A DNA stretch of 63,514 bases, filler included, from Chiloscyllium plagiosum (Eukaryota): assembly GCF_004010195.1 (NCBI RefSeq). It is 12 parts of 12 records of this genome, joined end to end, with 100 filler letters (N's around TTAATTAATTAA, not from the genome) between each part and the next. Parts side by side here need not be neighbours in the genome. Positions count along the whole stretch, not along the records: positions 24,369 to 38,405 come from NW_025211267.1; positions 38,506 to 41,005 come from NW_025181766.1; 10 more parts are not named here. One strand, 5' to 3'. Below are positions 25,016 to 39,350 of the stretch, piece after piece. A program made the translations under genes and the position numbers. How positions within the stretch are numbered: position 1 is the stretch's first letter; each line of letters opens with the position of its first letter. Below the pieces are notes generated by a model. That model was not told the DNA's origin, made no database searches, and saw only the letters and a program-made list of their open reading frames with translations.

Positions 25016-26924
25016 TGGCCATCGGAAGGGGCAGGCTTACAGCTTCCGCATGTTGGTTTCCTGCTGGAGGCTGAGACTGGATCCTGGTATCAGCTTGCAC
25101 AGCCCGAACACATGGGATCATGTATTTACATGAGGTTCTGCTTAAACATGGACACATACACATCTTGGGATATTTGTTTTGCTGAATAGCTTCTTTTGGA
25201 TTAAATTTGAGTAGCTTCAGGTCTGTTTCACATGGTAGTTGCATGTATTTTGTTTTAAAAAAAAACAAATTTAACTGGAAGTTAGCTCCCTTTATTTCTA
25301 CATTCATTCACAAGCAGATAAAACTAAAATTAAAGTTCAAACATAATACTAGCTAATAAAACAGTTGAGCTTTTCTTCCCTGGATACAGCAAGTCTCTGT
25401 CGCACTCAAAATAACATGTAATTCATACTAAACATTTCAAAATTCAATTTAGGCAACTGAATACAGAGCGTGTCCAAAGTGATTATATTAAGAATATTCA
25501 ATTAGAAGTTAACTCCCTTTAATCCCACATTCCANNNNNNNNNNNNNNNNNNNNNNNNNNNNNNNNNNNNNNNNNNNNNNNNNNNNNNNNNNNNNNNNNN
25601 NNNNNNNNNNNNNNNNNNNNNNNNNNNNNNNNNNNNNNNNNNNNNNNNNNNNNNNNNNNNNNNNNNNNNNNNNNNNNNNNNNNNNNNNNNNNNNAAATCC
25701 TCAACGTCTAAACCATTGCATGTAACAGTCTGGGTACATCAGGAATGTTTGGTTAAGTTAGAGAGTATTACAGTAATAATTACCACGAATGTAGGTTATA
25801 AACGGTACATTTCTCTGCTCACTGATAGCTCTGACAGGGCAGTTAACTCATAAAAATAAGCAAAAATTCGCTGTTACACTATTTCAGTGTTAACCATGTA
25901 TAAAGGGCCCACTCAGTTTTAATGAGATGCATGAATCAGGGAATGGTGTAACAAGTGATGTGAGTTTGAACCAATTCAATTTTGTTAATTTACTTTGAGA
26001 TGATAACAAATGTTACTGCAATGTGGGATTTTGGATCCATTAACTTCATTTTCAGGAGCTTTAAAGATACTCAATAAACAGACTGAAATAACCAGAACGT
26101 CACTGCATTCAATGTTCTGTTTTCTGATAGTCATACAGTGAATGCTGTATTCAGTGACTTTCCTTTTCAAGGGAGAAATGCCAAGTGAAATGTATCCATT
26201 GTGAGTAAATGGGAAAATATAATTTGTTTGGTAGGACTTTATTTTAGTTGATTCATTTTCCCTTTAATCGGCCGGACACAATAGTTGGCAGCAATTAAGC
26301 TGACTGCAGAAAAGTTCCTTGAGTTCCCAGTTTCATTTACTGGAAGCAGGTTGAGTTTCTGTAGTGGATCAGAGATATTTTGTCTCACTGTTGACCAGTT
26401 GGTGGAAAGCCAACTACAAACCATAACCACCGTCTCCGCAGAAACAAATCGACTCAGCAACAATACTGGAGAAGAGTTTATTTTCAGTTGTGTAACTTGG
26501 AGAACTAGTCACTCCTCTCATTGAAGGAAATATTTGCAAAGTCTCAGACACAACCTTAACATCAACAGTTCATTCAAGGATCACTACAGCACTGTTTAAT
26601 ATTGAGAAAAATTGATAAATAGTCATAGAGTCATGTAGTGGTACAGCATGGTTACAGACCATTCGGTCCAACCAGTCCATGCCAGTCCTAATCCCAAACT
26701 AAACTTATCCCACCTGTGTGTACTTGGCCCATATCCTTCCAAACATTTGATATTAATTTACTGATCCAAATATCTTCTAAAGGTTGTAAATATCCACCAC
26801 CAAATCATCCCACAAACAAACCGTTCTCTGTGTAAAAGGTTGTCTCTGATATCCTTTATAAAATTTTTCTCCTCTCATTGGAAAAACATGTTCCCTATTG
26901 TTGAAATCCCCCACCATAGGAAAA

Positions 26925-29193
26925 ATACACCAATGTCTGGGTCAAAAATTGAAAACAATCCCAGCTCCAAACATTTACAAAATATCCCTATGGATCTTCC
27001 TCGAATCCAAAAAAGATTGTCCCCTTTGATCAATGATTTATAAAATTTACTCGCGTATCTACTGTGATAGACGTTTTCAAACAACTTCTTAAGTGAAAAC
27101 GGTTCACATCAATCAGATTGAAGTAACATTTCGTGCGCTACCACACACAAAAAAAAACAAGTTTGTTGACACGAATTGCTCTGAGGAAATCTACGATGGA
27201 TTCTTTTATCAAACAAAATCATTTCCAATGTTGTGAGCGCTCGTCTATCTTCTGTGCAATGGTCTGAATTTTAAGTTGTGTCTGACTGCAGATGAAACTG
27301 GCTGAAGTGGGTAAAAGTATCGTTTCTGCCTTTCACATTGTGAATGTATATTGCTGACTTTAGTTGAATAAAGTGATGTTGTCCCAGGCATCGTCTGGCA
27401 CCATTAATTAGACCATTAATTTCCACATCGATAGCCGTAGGGTCAGGTGGGGTTTATTGATATTTGATATTTTTGAAACGAAAGCTTCGTACATTTCCAG
27501 TATGAATCATGTCAATTAGAGCCATTCACCATTCCACTCATGGCTTTATAAACTTGTATGAGTTCACCCCCGCCCCCCCCCCTCCCCCAACCGCCCGCCG
27601 ACCTCTCACCCTCCAGTGAAACAAGTTCCAGTCTATCTGGATTTCCAACATGATTCTGTTCCCTCACATTCTGCTGTGAAAGATCCTCCAGCCACCCCAG
27701 GTCCACAAAGAGCGTCCCTTGTTACTAGTTCAAAGAAAAGAAAGGAACTTCTCCAACCATATTGTTCAATTTTCGTTGGCTTCAAACACCATAAAAAATA
27801 AATGTTCATGCCATTGCTGATTTTTGGGAGAATTCCGTGTACATAGTATCTGCTGAAATACCTGCAGTACCATCCTGAATCTGGTTTGCAGGTTCATCTG
27901 TTGCTCACAAACGCAACCGGACATCAGGGAACAATGAACATCGCCCAGCCCCAACCCTCCACCCTTCCCCTCTGCACTTTGCACTTTGTGAAATCCGTGT
28001 TGTCAATAATCAGTTAAAAGAAAGATTTTTTTAAACTTTCTTAATTCATGTTGCTGATCTTGGCTGAATAAAGGTATGTTGCTGTCAGTATTTCTGGGGA
28101 ACATGATTGCATTTTTTCATGTCAGTTGACAGTGATATTAAGTCAAGAATAGTCAGAATGTCCTGAGAAACAACGTTGAGAAATGGGCCTATTAGCTCCT
28201 CAGGGCTGGACCAACTGTTTGAATATTGATACAGTTCTGCCCCTACTTTTTCCCCATACGCCAGGATTTACAGCATTGGAGATCATATCTATGTTGATAA
28301 TGGATTAGACCCCAAACAATATTCCCGAATGTTTACAGTGCTATCACCTGCAGGGTTATTGTCCTCATTCTATAAATGGGGTGTTGGCTGGAAGGCACTG
28401 TCTTCACGTGATACAGGTGCGATGGGCGAAGTGATCTCTCTCTGTGGTGAAAAGTTCCTCCTACTCGAAATTCATCTTTCCTACTTTGTCTCCAGGATGT
28501 TGCCTGGAATGGAGAATAAGTCGTACGAGGATAGGTTGAGAGTACTAGGCCTTTTCTCAGAAGGGCCTGTTCTGTGCTGTATTGTTCTATGTTCTATGTC
28601 TCGTTCAGAGGCTCAAATTCACATGATTCATACCGGAAATATTCCAAGCATTCGTTTCAATGAGATCAAGACACTCCACCTAATAGTCTGGCTACTGATG
28701 TGGAAATTAATGGTCTAATTAATGGTGCCAGACGATGCCTGGGACAACATCACTTTATTCAACTAAAGTCAGCAATATATATTAACAATGTGAAAGGCAC
28801 AAACTGTACTTTTACCCAGATCAGCCAATTTCATCTGCAGTCAGACACAAATTTCAGACCATTGCACAGAAGATAGACGAGCCCTCACAACATTAGAAAT
28901 CATTTTGTTTGATAAAACAGTCCATCATAGACTTGCTGAGAGCAACTCGTGAATATTGCTTGATTTGTTTTTGTATGGGGTAACACATGAAATGTTATTG
29001 TATTCTGACTGGTGTGAATCATTTGCACTTCAAGTTATTTGAAAACGTCCTTCACAACAGATATGTTAGTAAATTTTAGAAATCATTGATCAAAGGGACA
29101 ATGTTTTTTGGATTCAAGGAAGATCCATATTGATATTTTGTAAATATTTGGAGCTGTGTTTGCTTTAAATTTTGAACTAAGACATTGGCGTAT
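26925..29193. repeat. Long inverted repeat, arms ~26925-27435 and ~28690-29193
   Basis: GTCCCAGGCATCGTCTGGCACCATTAATTAGACCATTAATTTCCACATC and its exact reverse complement; homology extends about 500 bp outward. Confidence 0.9.
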
Positions 29194-29419
29194 AGTGCAC
29201 AACTTCACAATTTGCTGTAACATGAAACTCGCAACCACTGTGAACCTGGAAGGATGGTTCAGAATTTAACAAGGACCTCGCAAGGTTCGTGGATGGACCA
29301 ACGAATGATCCATGAAATTTAACAAAGGCATTTCTGAAATGATTAATTTAGCTAGGAAGAATGTCGAGACACAAATTCACATCTCTGTTTGCATGTCAAT
29401 ATACTATAAATTACTTTTC

Positions 29420-30170
29420 TGATGGGGTCTGTTTACAGGTGGTGGCAGCAGCGGAGGATGATATGATATATGCGAGGTTGGTGCGGTGGAAGATGAGGAC
29501 CAGGAGGGCTCCCTGTTGCGATTGGAGGGATGGGGTTCAAGGGCATCGTCGACCACATGGGAGGGGAAATTGCAGTCTTTGAAAAAGGAGGTTATCTGGG
29601 ATGTTTTATGGTGGAACTGGTCCTACTGGGAGCAGGTGCAGTGTAGGCAGAGGAAATGACAATAAGGGATGGCATTTTTACAGGAGGTCGGGTGGGAGGA
29701 GTGTAGCCCAGGTAGCTGTGGGAGTCAGTGGGCTTGTAGTAAATATTTAGTCGGTCACTGGAGATAGAGGTGGAGAGGTCTAGGAAAGGGAGTGAGGTGT
29801 CCGAGATGGTCCCTGTGAAGTTTATGACAGTGTGGAAGGCTTTAGTAAAGTTGATGAGCTGTTCAACCTCCTAGTGGTAGCATGGGGTGGCGTTGATACA
29901 GTCATCAATGTAGCGGTGGTAAAGGTGGGCAATGGTACCAGTGTAGGTGTGGAAGATTGACTGTTCCACATATCTGACGAAGAGGCAGGCATAGCTGGGG
30001 TCCATACAGGTGTCCATGGCTGCCCCTTTGGTTTGGAGGAAGTGGGATGTTTGAAAGGAAATGTAGTTGAGGTTGAGCATGTCCTGCTTGGGTTGGCGTG
30101 ACAGGAAAAAACGGAGGGCTTCGAGGCCTACATCATGGCGTTTGGATGTGTACAGGGCCTGGACATTCTG
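29420..30170 (-). mobile_element. Penelope-like retroelement RT fragment (degraded)
   Basis: HFLQTKGAAMDTCMDPSYACLFVRYVEQSIF...RYIDDCI fits the Penelope-type Q..G.AMG...PSYA.LF...RYIDD motifs. Confidence 0.85.
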
Positions 30171-32099
30171 TTCTCTCTGGGGCTTATCAATAGCTTGCAG
30201 TTATTATGGAACTGCAAGTGCAATGGCTGGGAACTCAGAGAAACCAATGTTTAAGGCTTCTGCTTGAAGCAAATTTTGACCAGAACATTTAAACACCACA
30301 AAGCTCACTGTAGGAAATGCCAGGGCTGCAACTTTTAATAATATTTGAAACTTTGTTAAAAATAGGACATTTTAGTCATTGTTTCTGAAATTATCAAGAA
30401 AATAATTAACCGTTCGAACAAGCTCTATCAAAGAGAGAGGATTTGCAAAGTTTGAAACCATACAGTGCTGTGGTTTATTTGAATTCAATGTCGGTCAGAG
30501 TTAGATACAGCCAAGGTGATCTCTCCATATGTTGATTCTGTTAATCTGACACACCAACATACCTGTCTGTATAAAACTGTATTATTTGTTTAGTTGATCA
30601 AATTTTAGGAAACAGATCAAACATAATGTATTCGGCTGGGAAGGTGAGGGATACAGAAGACAGAATCAAAAACTGGGAACATGAAATCTGAAGAGAGAGT
30701 AACAAGTAGTACAAGATCAAAGACATGACAAGGTGCATGTCGATATGTCCCAGACGTTAGTTGATCGAATGAGCTTGTAAGATGGTCGAGAGACTCGTCC
30801 AATGATGTCCTGGAATCAGACCGCGAAACAGAGATCAAAAGGTCGATTTGCAAATGTCACTTCAATGTGATCGCTTCACACTCTGTGTCATGATATAGGC
30901 CACATTGGCAGATGTTTATGCAAGATTGCATCCCATGGGTTTATTTTCTGATCAGAAGTGAGATGTGTGGCTTGCTGCTGGCACATAGAAACAGGAAGTT
31001 GTGTGCCAGCTGAGAATGATACACCAGGCGCTACTTTCTGTATTATCAGCACAAAGTCTTCCTGCCTCTGAGGGTGAACACACACTGACAGTGTTAAGAA
31101 CACACAGACATTGCTGTTGGTCTCAACATTGTATTCAATTCCATTCCCATTTCCCAGAATGAAACAGAAGAGACACAAGATTATTTCAGATAGAGTAAAT
31201 TATCTGTCAGAGAGATAAGAAGAGTTATCATCGGGTAAAAGGAGCTAAATGACAATGTGTAGTTTCACTCATAAACCTATGTTTAAAAGTACAAAGCTTG
31301 AGGGAAGTGAATAAGTAAATCTAAGAGACAGCATTCATGAAAAGTTGGAATTGTAAGGTTTAAGCAATAAAATTCAGCATGGCTTTGGTGGAAGTGATAT
31401 CATATCGGAAGTGGTTGATTCTGTTTTCCGGAGAGGCAATGAGATGTGACATTGGGTGTAAAAAGTGGATGTAATGCTTCTTGACTTCAATCAGGTTTTT
31501 GAACAGATCTTGCATCTTTAATATGGTAAGGGTTCATGGGATCTGGTGCAGTTTGGCAAATACATCGAAGGTTAATTTGTTGGCGGAAGGTAATGGTCGA
31601 AGGTAGTTATTGTGAAGACATCTTGTGTCCAGTGGCTTACTATGTGACTTGGTGCTGGATCCTTTGATGTTTGCAGCGTATATGAACGATCTAGTCAAGA
31701 ATGTAGCAATTTTGATCAGTAAGTTCAAAGATGAGTTGAAAAACGTTTGGTTTTGCAATTAGTGAGGAGGAGAGCCAGTGTGACATCGATGGCCTTGCCT
31801 GTCGGAGAGAAGAATTGAAACCAGAACATTATATCCTAAAGTCTGTGAAGTAAAGCATTTTCGAGACTAACAATTTAAGCGAATATACGATGCATTGTTG
31901 GAATCTACACAATACAACGGATAAGCTATCTTCTGTTGTGAATATCCACATCATGGCGTGGGGGTTGGAGTTATAGTCTGGAGATATTGTGGCTAGACCA
32001 TTAATTCAGGAAACAGGGGTCTGAGCCCACAGTGCTGCTACATCAAGTCGTAATTAAAGTTGATAATTAAACAACTCATTGAAGGAATAAGCTCCACAG

Positions 32100-33400
32100 A
32101 TATTTTGTGGAAAATAGGCCAGGCACGTCCTGTGCACAGAAAATAGGTCAAACCACCCTGGCGAATTACTGCCCCATCAGTCCATGCTCAATCATGAGTT
32201 AGATGGAGGAAGGTGCTATCAAGCAGCACGAGCTCAGCAATAACCTGCGTAAATGTGGGTTACGCAAGACCTGAATTACAGACTTGATTTAAACATGGAC
32301 AAAGAACTGAATTCCAGAAATCAGGGGAGAGTGACTGCCCTTGACATTAAGGTCACATTCGACAGAGTGTGATATTATGGAGCCTAGAAAAACTGAATTC
32401 AATGGGTATCAGGTGACAACCTCCCTGCTGCCTGCAGTCATACCTCACACATTGAAAGATGGTTCTGCTTGTTAGAGGGCAGTCTTTTCAGCCAAAGCAA
32501 AACTCTGTTGGAGTTCCTGAAGAAAGTGTCCTTGGCACAATCATGTTCAGCAATGACCTTCCCTCCATCAGAAGGTCAGAAGTGAAATCTGCATTAATCT
32601 AGCACTTTTTTGTGACTCCTCAGTCCACATTCAAACGCAACAAAATCTGGACAATTTCCAGACTTGAGCTGACAAGTGGCACATAGCATTCACACCACAA
32701 AACTGAGAGACAATGACCATTGACAATCAGAGACAACCTAACCAAAACCCCTTGACATTCAATAGTGTTACCATCACTGAATCCCTCAGCATCGACACCC
32801 TGGGTTTTATTGTTCATTAGAAATTGAGCTGGACACTCCATATAAATACAATGGTTGTACGAGCAGGCCTGAGGCTAGGAATACTGCAGCGAGTAACTCA
32901 CCCTCCTTACTCACAAAGCCAATTGACTGTCTAAGAGACAGAGGTCAGGAGGCTAATAGTACAGCTCGCCCCTTGACTGGATAGGAACAGCTTCAACTGC
33001 ACTCAAGAAGCTTGGCATTGTCCAGGACAAAGCATCCCACGTGATCAGTAGCACATCCACAAGCGTCGATTGCCTCCAAATCTGATTCTTAGTACCTGCC
33101 ATATGCACTATCTAAAATACTATACTGCAGTAACTTAGCCACTTCCTGAGACAGTACCTTCCCACTACCACTTGCATCTCAAAGGACAGGAGCAGCAGAT
33201 ACAAGGGAACAGCACCACTGTAAGCTCCTCTCTAAAACACTCGGCATCCTGACATGGAAATATTCACCGATCCTTTACTGTAATTGCGTCAAAATCTGGA
33301 ATTCCCTTCCTCAGGCCAAATTGGAACATGTTATTTCAGAAAGGCAGCTTACTGCCATCTGCTGAAGGACATCTATGGACAACTAAAAGCAACCACCATG
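32100..33400 (+). mobile_element. Degraded LINE RT region (CR1-group)
   Basis: Decayed NYRPIS-like and ALDIK.AFDRVW-like motifs (GCCCTTGACATTAAGGTCACATTCGACAGAGTGTG) and a GVP..SVLG-like motif. Confidence 0.6.
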
Positions 33401-33736
33401 TTCCATGAGTCAATAAAAAAATCGTTGAATCTAACATGACAGTTTGATAAAGTGGTTGAGGAGGCATTATGAGTATGTAATACGCAATTAAAAGGTTTGG
33501 AGTAAAGTTCCAGAATCAGTCCCTACCATGGTAGCTTCAATTAATAAAAGAGTATGAAATGAAAATGCTGGAATAATGAACGATAACCACAGACCTACCA
33601 AAGGTTTGAAGCATGTTACATGGTTCAGTATTGTCCTTCAGAGGAGGACGTCTGACCTTCCGACTTGGCCTGCCCTACCCGTTCAACAATAAGGTGATGG
33701 TCCTTTCCTGTGCCGAACCTGACTAAGAAACCCATC

Positions 33737-33958
33737 AGGAGAAAGTGAGGACTGCAGGTGCTGGAGCTCAGAGTTGACAGTGTAGTGCTGGAAAAGCACA
33801 GCAGGTCAGGCAGCATCCGAGGAGCAGGGTAATCAACCTTCCAGGCATAACCCCTTCATCAGGTATCCTAATGAAGGCCTCATGTCCGAAACGTCGATTC
33901 CCCTGCTCCTCGGACGCTGCCTGACCTGCTGTACTTTTCCAGCACTACAGTCTCGACT
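33737..33958. mobile_element. Inverted pair of Penelope-like terminal repeats with hammerhead-type cores
   Basis: Same family and architecture as 14835-15044; CTGATGA on the minus arm, CCGAAACGTCGA on the plus arm. Confidence 0.7.
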
Positions 33959-35611
33959 GAGAAGCCATTTGGTTGCAATAAAGCTTCTTAAGAAAGATCA
34001 ACCATAATTAGCCGAGCAAGATGGCAGGCCTTCACAAAGGTAGCTGATGACCACCTTCTTGGGATATGTGACTAACTTTTTCATAAGTCAGTGAAGAATT
34101 CAAAAAATGCAAATTACAGTGAGTTAGGCTCTTCAGACAGAGTCCAGTACAAATTTAAGATTGATGATTGGATGCAAAGTCTCCTGTGATGTTGCTGCGA
34201 ACAGCAGGAGAGTTCTTGCCACTATTGCACTCCAATATTTGTTCATGATGTAAAGTGTCAGATTTATTGCATTTCTGGTTGTGACCGCTTTCTGTGCATT
34301 TCCAATATTACGATCACAGTGGTGATATCATGACACCAGTATTCCCAAACTCCAGTTTGATGCTGAATGGCCGGGGTTTGGAATACCATCGTTTGCCCAG
34401 GGTGAAATTTGAATTCAAAGAAAGCCTGGGATCAGAAAGAAAGCCAAATGGGTGACCATGTAACCCGAGTCAATGGAAAAATACAAAAACAGCTGTTTCA
34501 TGAAAGACAAGGCATCTGTCACCTTTCCATGGTCTGGCCGACATGAGATTCCAGACCCATTGGGAAGTAATTGACTGTGTTCTGAAGTGGCTTTAGCAAG
34601 CTATTCAATGGGCAATTGGGGATAGGGACTCATTGCTGATCCTAACCAGAAAGTAATACATGTAACAAAACCTCACAACAACTAGATCAATTAAATGTAA
34701 TTTTTGCGGCAGTTCCTGATGTCATTTCAAGTATTTCACGTGAATATTCTAAAACGCACTTTGAGTGATATTGCACCGCCTAAACGGACTACAACATAAC
34801 TCAGTGGGACATACAGAGTAGATCCAGTTCAACATTGAAGTTTAATTGCAGAATTTTCAGCACTGAATTTTTAACCTACATAAGAGTTTTAAATTGTGTT
34901 TTTCATCCAGAAATAAATAAAATCTGTTGCAATTCGTCTTCATAAATTTGTATTCACTTTTGAAAAAAGTCAACATTTTTAAAATAAACTTGTTTCGATT
35001 TGAATCTTACCAATAAATCACTTCCTTCATCTGGCTTTGCTGTCACCATCACTTACTTGAAACCAATTAAGCATTTATGCAAATAAACACAGAAATAGAA
35101 TTCTCAGAATAAATTACAGAACAGCAAAACCCCAATTTATATTTCCCCACAAGCACAGTACACGAATTGTGGAAAAAATGCAAATAACTCAATGGATTCC
35201 AATACTAATTGATGTTAGGACTTTTTAATACATAAGTTGTATGATTGTTGAATGACAGAGGTACCAATTGTCATGTTTAGTAAAAAAAAAACTATAATTA
35301 AGAGATACATAGGCACAGCTAATATTTCTGTCTCTCTTTTTCTCTCTTCCCCTCCTGCCTTCCCCCCTTTTCTCTTTCTATCTGATGCCTTGTTTTGCTT
35401 CTCCACAATCGGACAATGTTTTCCTGAATAACATGAAGCCAACACCTCACCAATATATGCTCTCAGCCAAATTCATCCATTTATTCTGAGAGATTTGAGT
35501 TAATACAGCCAGATTTTCTCAAAAATCTGTCTGAGTATTGAGTGATCTGGAAATGCTTGATCGGAAAGACTTTACTGTGATAGTGTTTTCATTGTAACTC
35601 AGCAGTATTAT

Positions 35612-35751
35612 TCTTGGCTGAGGAATGTTTAATGGTTCAGTGCAATGCATATTTAGTCTATAATTAACTTTTACTGCACATCCTCGGCTGAAGAATGTTT
35701 AATGGTTCAGTGCAATGCATATTTAGTCTATAATTAACTTTTACTGTACAT
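35612..35751. repeat. ~70-bp tandem duplication
   Basis: GGCTGA(G/A)GAATGTTTAATGGTTCAGTGCAATGCATATTTAGTCTATAATTAACTTTTACTG occurs twice. Confidence 0.85.
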
Positions 35752-37089
35752 TTCATGGAATTTTTAATATTGTAGATGGTGATTTATTCTGTGTCGACTC
35801 TGTGTTGTACCTGCTCTGGGAGGGTTTTTTTTAGGGAACCCTGGATGCAGCTCTACACTGTGTCTAAACCAAAATGTATTTGCCATGTTTGCATTGGACA
35901 GCACAATATCGAGGGAGATTTACCCAGCACATTACATGAGCTGTACAATCACAGAAAACATTTGATGTAGCCGTGTAAAGGGGCTTGAACTCCCACCCAC
36001 TGTCTTTCTGAATTTGAAATGCTTGATACCAGAATAAAAAGGGAGCAACACTATGCATCGAAACTTTGTTATACAAGTAGATTATCATCTACAGGCACAG
36101 ACATACATACACACATAAGCAAATCATTTATGAACAACCCTTGCAGTGTTTAATGGATGAGAGCTGAGAGAGCTTTAATATGCAATGTGTGTATTCCATG
36201 CAACACATGCCGACAGTGAGTTTGATATGGTTGGTTAAATGTAGTTTTCATCTGTCTTTAATCTTTTCTGTGACAGTCGTGGTTGTGTTTGACAAATATT
36301 CAACAGAACTGGAGGACTATAAATGTTGTCACTGCATTAGAGGCAGAATGCAATGCCATCAAACAGGGAGAAAGGCGATCCCTGTGTATTTTCATGATGA
36401 GGAGGGATTGAAGCAGCTGTGCTTCAAACATGAAATGAAGGTTAATTTACATGAGGCCGAGATAATTCTGAAAAGACTAACTTCGAGCAAAGGTCAATGA
36501 TAGGGAACAAGAAGCAGCCTGTTCAGCCAATGGGGTTTGGTCTTCCAAACAATGACATCATGGCTGAGCTGATCATCCTCACCTCCACTTTCCAGCGTTG
36601 TAACTGTAAGCACTGATTCAATTACCAAATCAAAATCTGTCCATTTCAGCCTTCAAAATACTGAATGACCCAACCTCGACAGTCTTCTGTGGTAAAGAAT
36701 TCCACAAATTCTCTACATTCTGGGAGACAAAATTCTCTTCTGTCCGAAATTTGTGACCTCTAATTTAGACATTCTACTCCCTGGTCCGAAATTCTCCCAC
36801 AAGGGGAAACAACATTTCTGCATTTACACCATCAAGTTTCCTGAAAATAATAGATGTTTCAGAATGTCAGTACTGAATCTTCTATGTTCCAATGAGTACA
36901 GGCCCAAACGACTCAATCTCTATTCTCAAGACTTTCCCTCCATCTTCAGGATCAGTCGGCTAAACCTCATGTGGATTGTCTCTCTGTCTAGTGTACCTTT
37001 TGTTTGTGATATGAGTCCCAAGAACAGGTCACAGTATTCTAGCTGTGGAAAGAGTAGAGCTTCTTTTCAGTTTTAACAAACATTATAGT

Positions 37090-37870
37090 CATTCAGATAT
37101 CCAGCACTGAAACAGACCTTTCGGCCCAACTGCACTGACCAGATATCCCAATCTGACTAAATACCATTTGCCAAAAATTTGGCCAATCTTCCACTAAATG
37201 TTACCTGGTCATGCACCAATCCAGGTGCCTTATAAATGCAGTAATTGAACCCGCCTCCACCACTACCGCTGGCAGCTTTTTCCATACATACACGTGAAAA
37301 GGTTACCCCTCAGGTTCTTTTAAAACATTTCTCCTCTCACGTTAAAACGCTGTCCTCTCGTTTTGGACTCTCCCGCTCGAGGAAAAAGGCCTTGGCTATT
37401 CACCATATCAATGCCCCGCATGATTTTATAAGTCTTGTTCAGGCTACTCCTTCGCCTCCTTTTCTCTCACTGAAGGGAAAAGAAAAGCCCCAGCCTCTTC
37501 AGCTTCACCTTATACCTTAAACACTCCAGTTCCAGCATCATTCTTGGAAATCTTTTCTACACCCTCTCAAGTTGCACAAAATCCTTCATAGAAATGGTCA
37601 GCCAGATTTGTCTGTAATAATTCTAAATGCGGCCTCACAAATGTTCTGTACAGCTGAGACATGACATCTCGACTCCTACACTTAATGTTATGACCAATGA
37701 ACGAAAGCGTGCCAAATACCTTCTTCCCCACCCTATCTCCCTGCAACTCCACTTTCAAGGAATGATGCATCTGTACCCTTTGGTTTCTTTGCTCAGCAAC
37801 ACTCCCCAAGGCCCAGCCATTAATTGTATAAGTCCTGCCCTGGTTTGCCTTACATAAATGCAACATCTAC
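37090..37870 (-). mobile_element. CR1 LINE 3' fragment
   Basis: LYRTFVRPHLE motif; similar to 22975-24045. Confidence 0.8.
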
Positions 37871-37875
37871 ATTTA

Positions 37876-38405
37876 TTTAATGAAGCATGGGTTCATGAAA
37901 GGCAGGTCATGTTTAACTGATTTATTGGAATTCTTTGAGGTTATAACAAGTGTGGCAGACAATGGGGAAATGGTGACCGTGGTGTATCTGGATTTCCAAA
38001 AGGCATTCAGCAAAGTGCTACACAAAAGGCTGCTGCATAAGATAAAGATGCACAGTATTACGGGCAATGCATTAGCATGGACAGAAGATTGGTTAAGGAA
38101 CAGAACGCAAAGATTGAGGATAAATGGGTGTTTTTCTGGTTGACAATCAGTGGCTAGTCATGTGTCTCAGGGATCAGTGTTAAGACTGCAATTGGTTACA
38201 ATTGTTGGGACTGCAATTGTTTACAATTCAGGTAGATTGCTTCGCGTTAGAGACCCAAGTGTAGTGTGTTGTAGTTCGCAGAACCCACTAAAATGAGTGA
38301 TAGAGCAAAGTGTGCAGAAGGATATAGACAGGTTAAGGGAGTGGGCAAGGGTCTGGCAGATGGAGTACAATGTAAGTAAATGTGAGGTCATCCATTTTGG
38401 TAGGA
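37876..38405 (+). mobile_element. CR1 LINE RT fragment
   Basis: HGFMKGRSCLTDLLEFFE...VYLDFQKAFSKVLHKRLLHKIK...W..DWL.NRTQR. Confidence 0.9.
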
Positions 38406-38589
38406 NNNNNNNNNNNNNNNNNNNNNNNNNNNNNNNNNNNNNNNNNNNNTTAATTAATTAANNNNNNNNNNNNNNNNNNNNNNNNNNNNNNNNNNNNNNN
38501 NNNNNCTCTGTTTCTCACCCAGGGTGTATCTGAGCGGGAACATTAACTGCACAAGATATACTTCCCAGACCTGTTAATAATCCAATTTA

Positions 38590-38835
38590 ACTGTGTGGAG
38601 TTTGCACATTCTCCCCGTGTCTGTGTGGGTTTCCTCCGGGTGCTCCGGTTTCCTCCCACAGTCCAAAGATGTGCAGGTTAGGTGAATCGGCCATGGGAAA
38701 TTGCCCATAGTGTTAGGTGCATTATTCAGGGGGAAATGTAGGGGAATGGGTCTGGATGGGTTGCTCTTCGGAGGCAGGTGTGAACTTGTTGGGCCGAAGG
38801 GCCTGTTTCCACACTTTAGGGAATCTAATCTAATC
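38590..38835 (+). mobile_element. V-SINE (HE1-like), 5'-truncated
   Basis: V-domain and AATCT tail; no A or B box. Confidence 0.85.
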
Positions 38836-38958
38836 TCAACTGCACAGATGGAATTGAAGAGTAGGAGACAATTAATTCAGCGGTTGTGTATTTAACTCAA
38901 AACTGGAGGAAAAAAACTTTATTACTTTTGTTGAATTATTAAATGAAACTTGAGATTT

Positions 38959-39350
38959 TTATTGACATGAATTAACAGTGTCCATCAGTGCAAGCGAAAT
39001 GTTTACAAAACTCGGTTTACCGCTAGATTTATTGACTGTTCTGTTGATGATCTTCAACGGAATCACTTCAAGTCCCACCACACAGGAGTAAGAAGCACTG
39101 CTGGCCCAGTCTTCCGCTGTAATGGATAACAGGCTGGACATGAAGAAGGAGGTGATGTCGCTCTCCGCTATTACCTCGGTGTTCTTGTAGTTACTGGGAT
39201 TTACAGGCTCGCCATTGTTTGTCCACTTGACGAAGATCCCTCGGGAGGAGAAACCTCTCACTAAACAGGTGAGGGAGAGAACCCTTTCAGTGGAGATTTC
39301 TTCTGTTGTTGGCAGGAGCACAGACACTGATGGCTCCCATGGATTGATCA
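38959..39350 (-). CDS. IGHM: IgM Cmu4 plus secretory tail exon
   Basis: [14 protein letters not shown]...[17 protein letters not shown]...YSCVVGLE...[23 protein letters not shown]; tail has NIS glycosylation site and penultimate Cys; AATAAA at 38918-38923. The usual VGHE His is Leu here. Confidence 0.92.

Noticed and set aside
25695-37000. Short ORFs upstream of VH as extra exons
   Set aside because: No Ig or other recognisable domain with consistent splice phases; most overlap decayed repeats.
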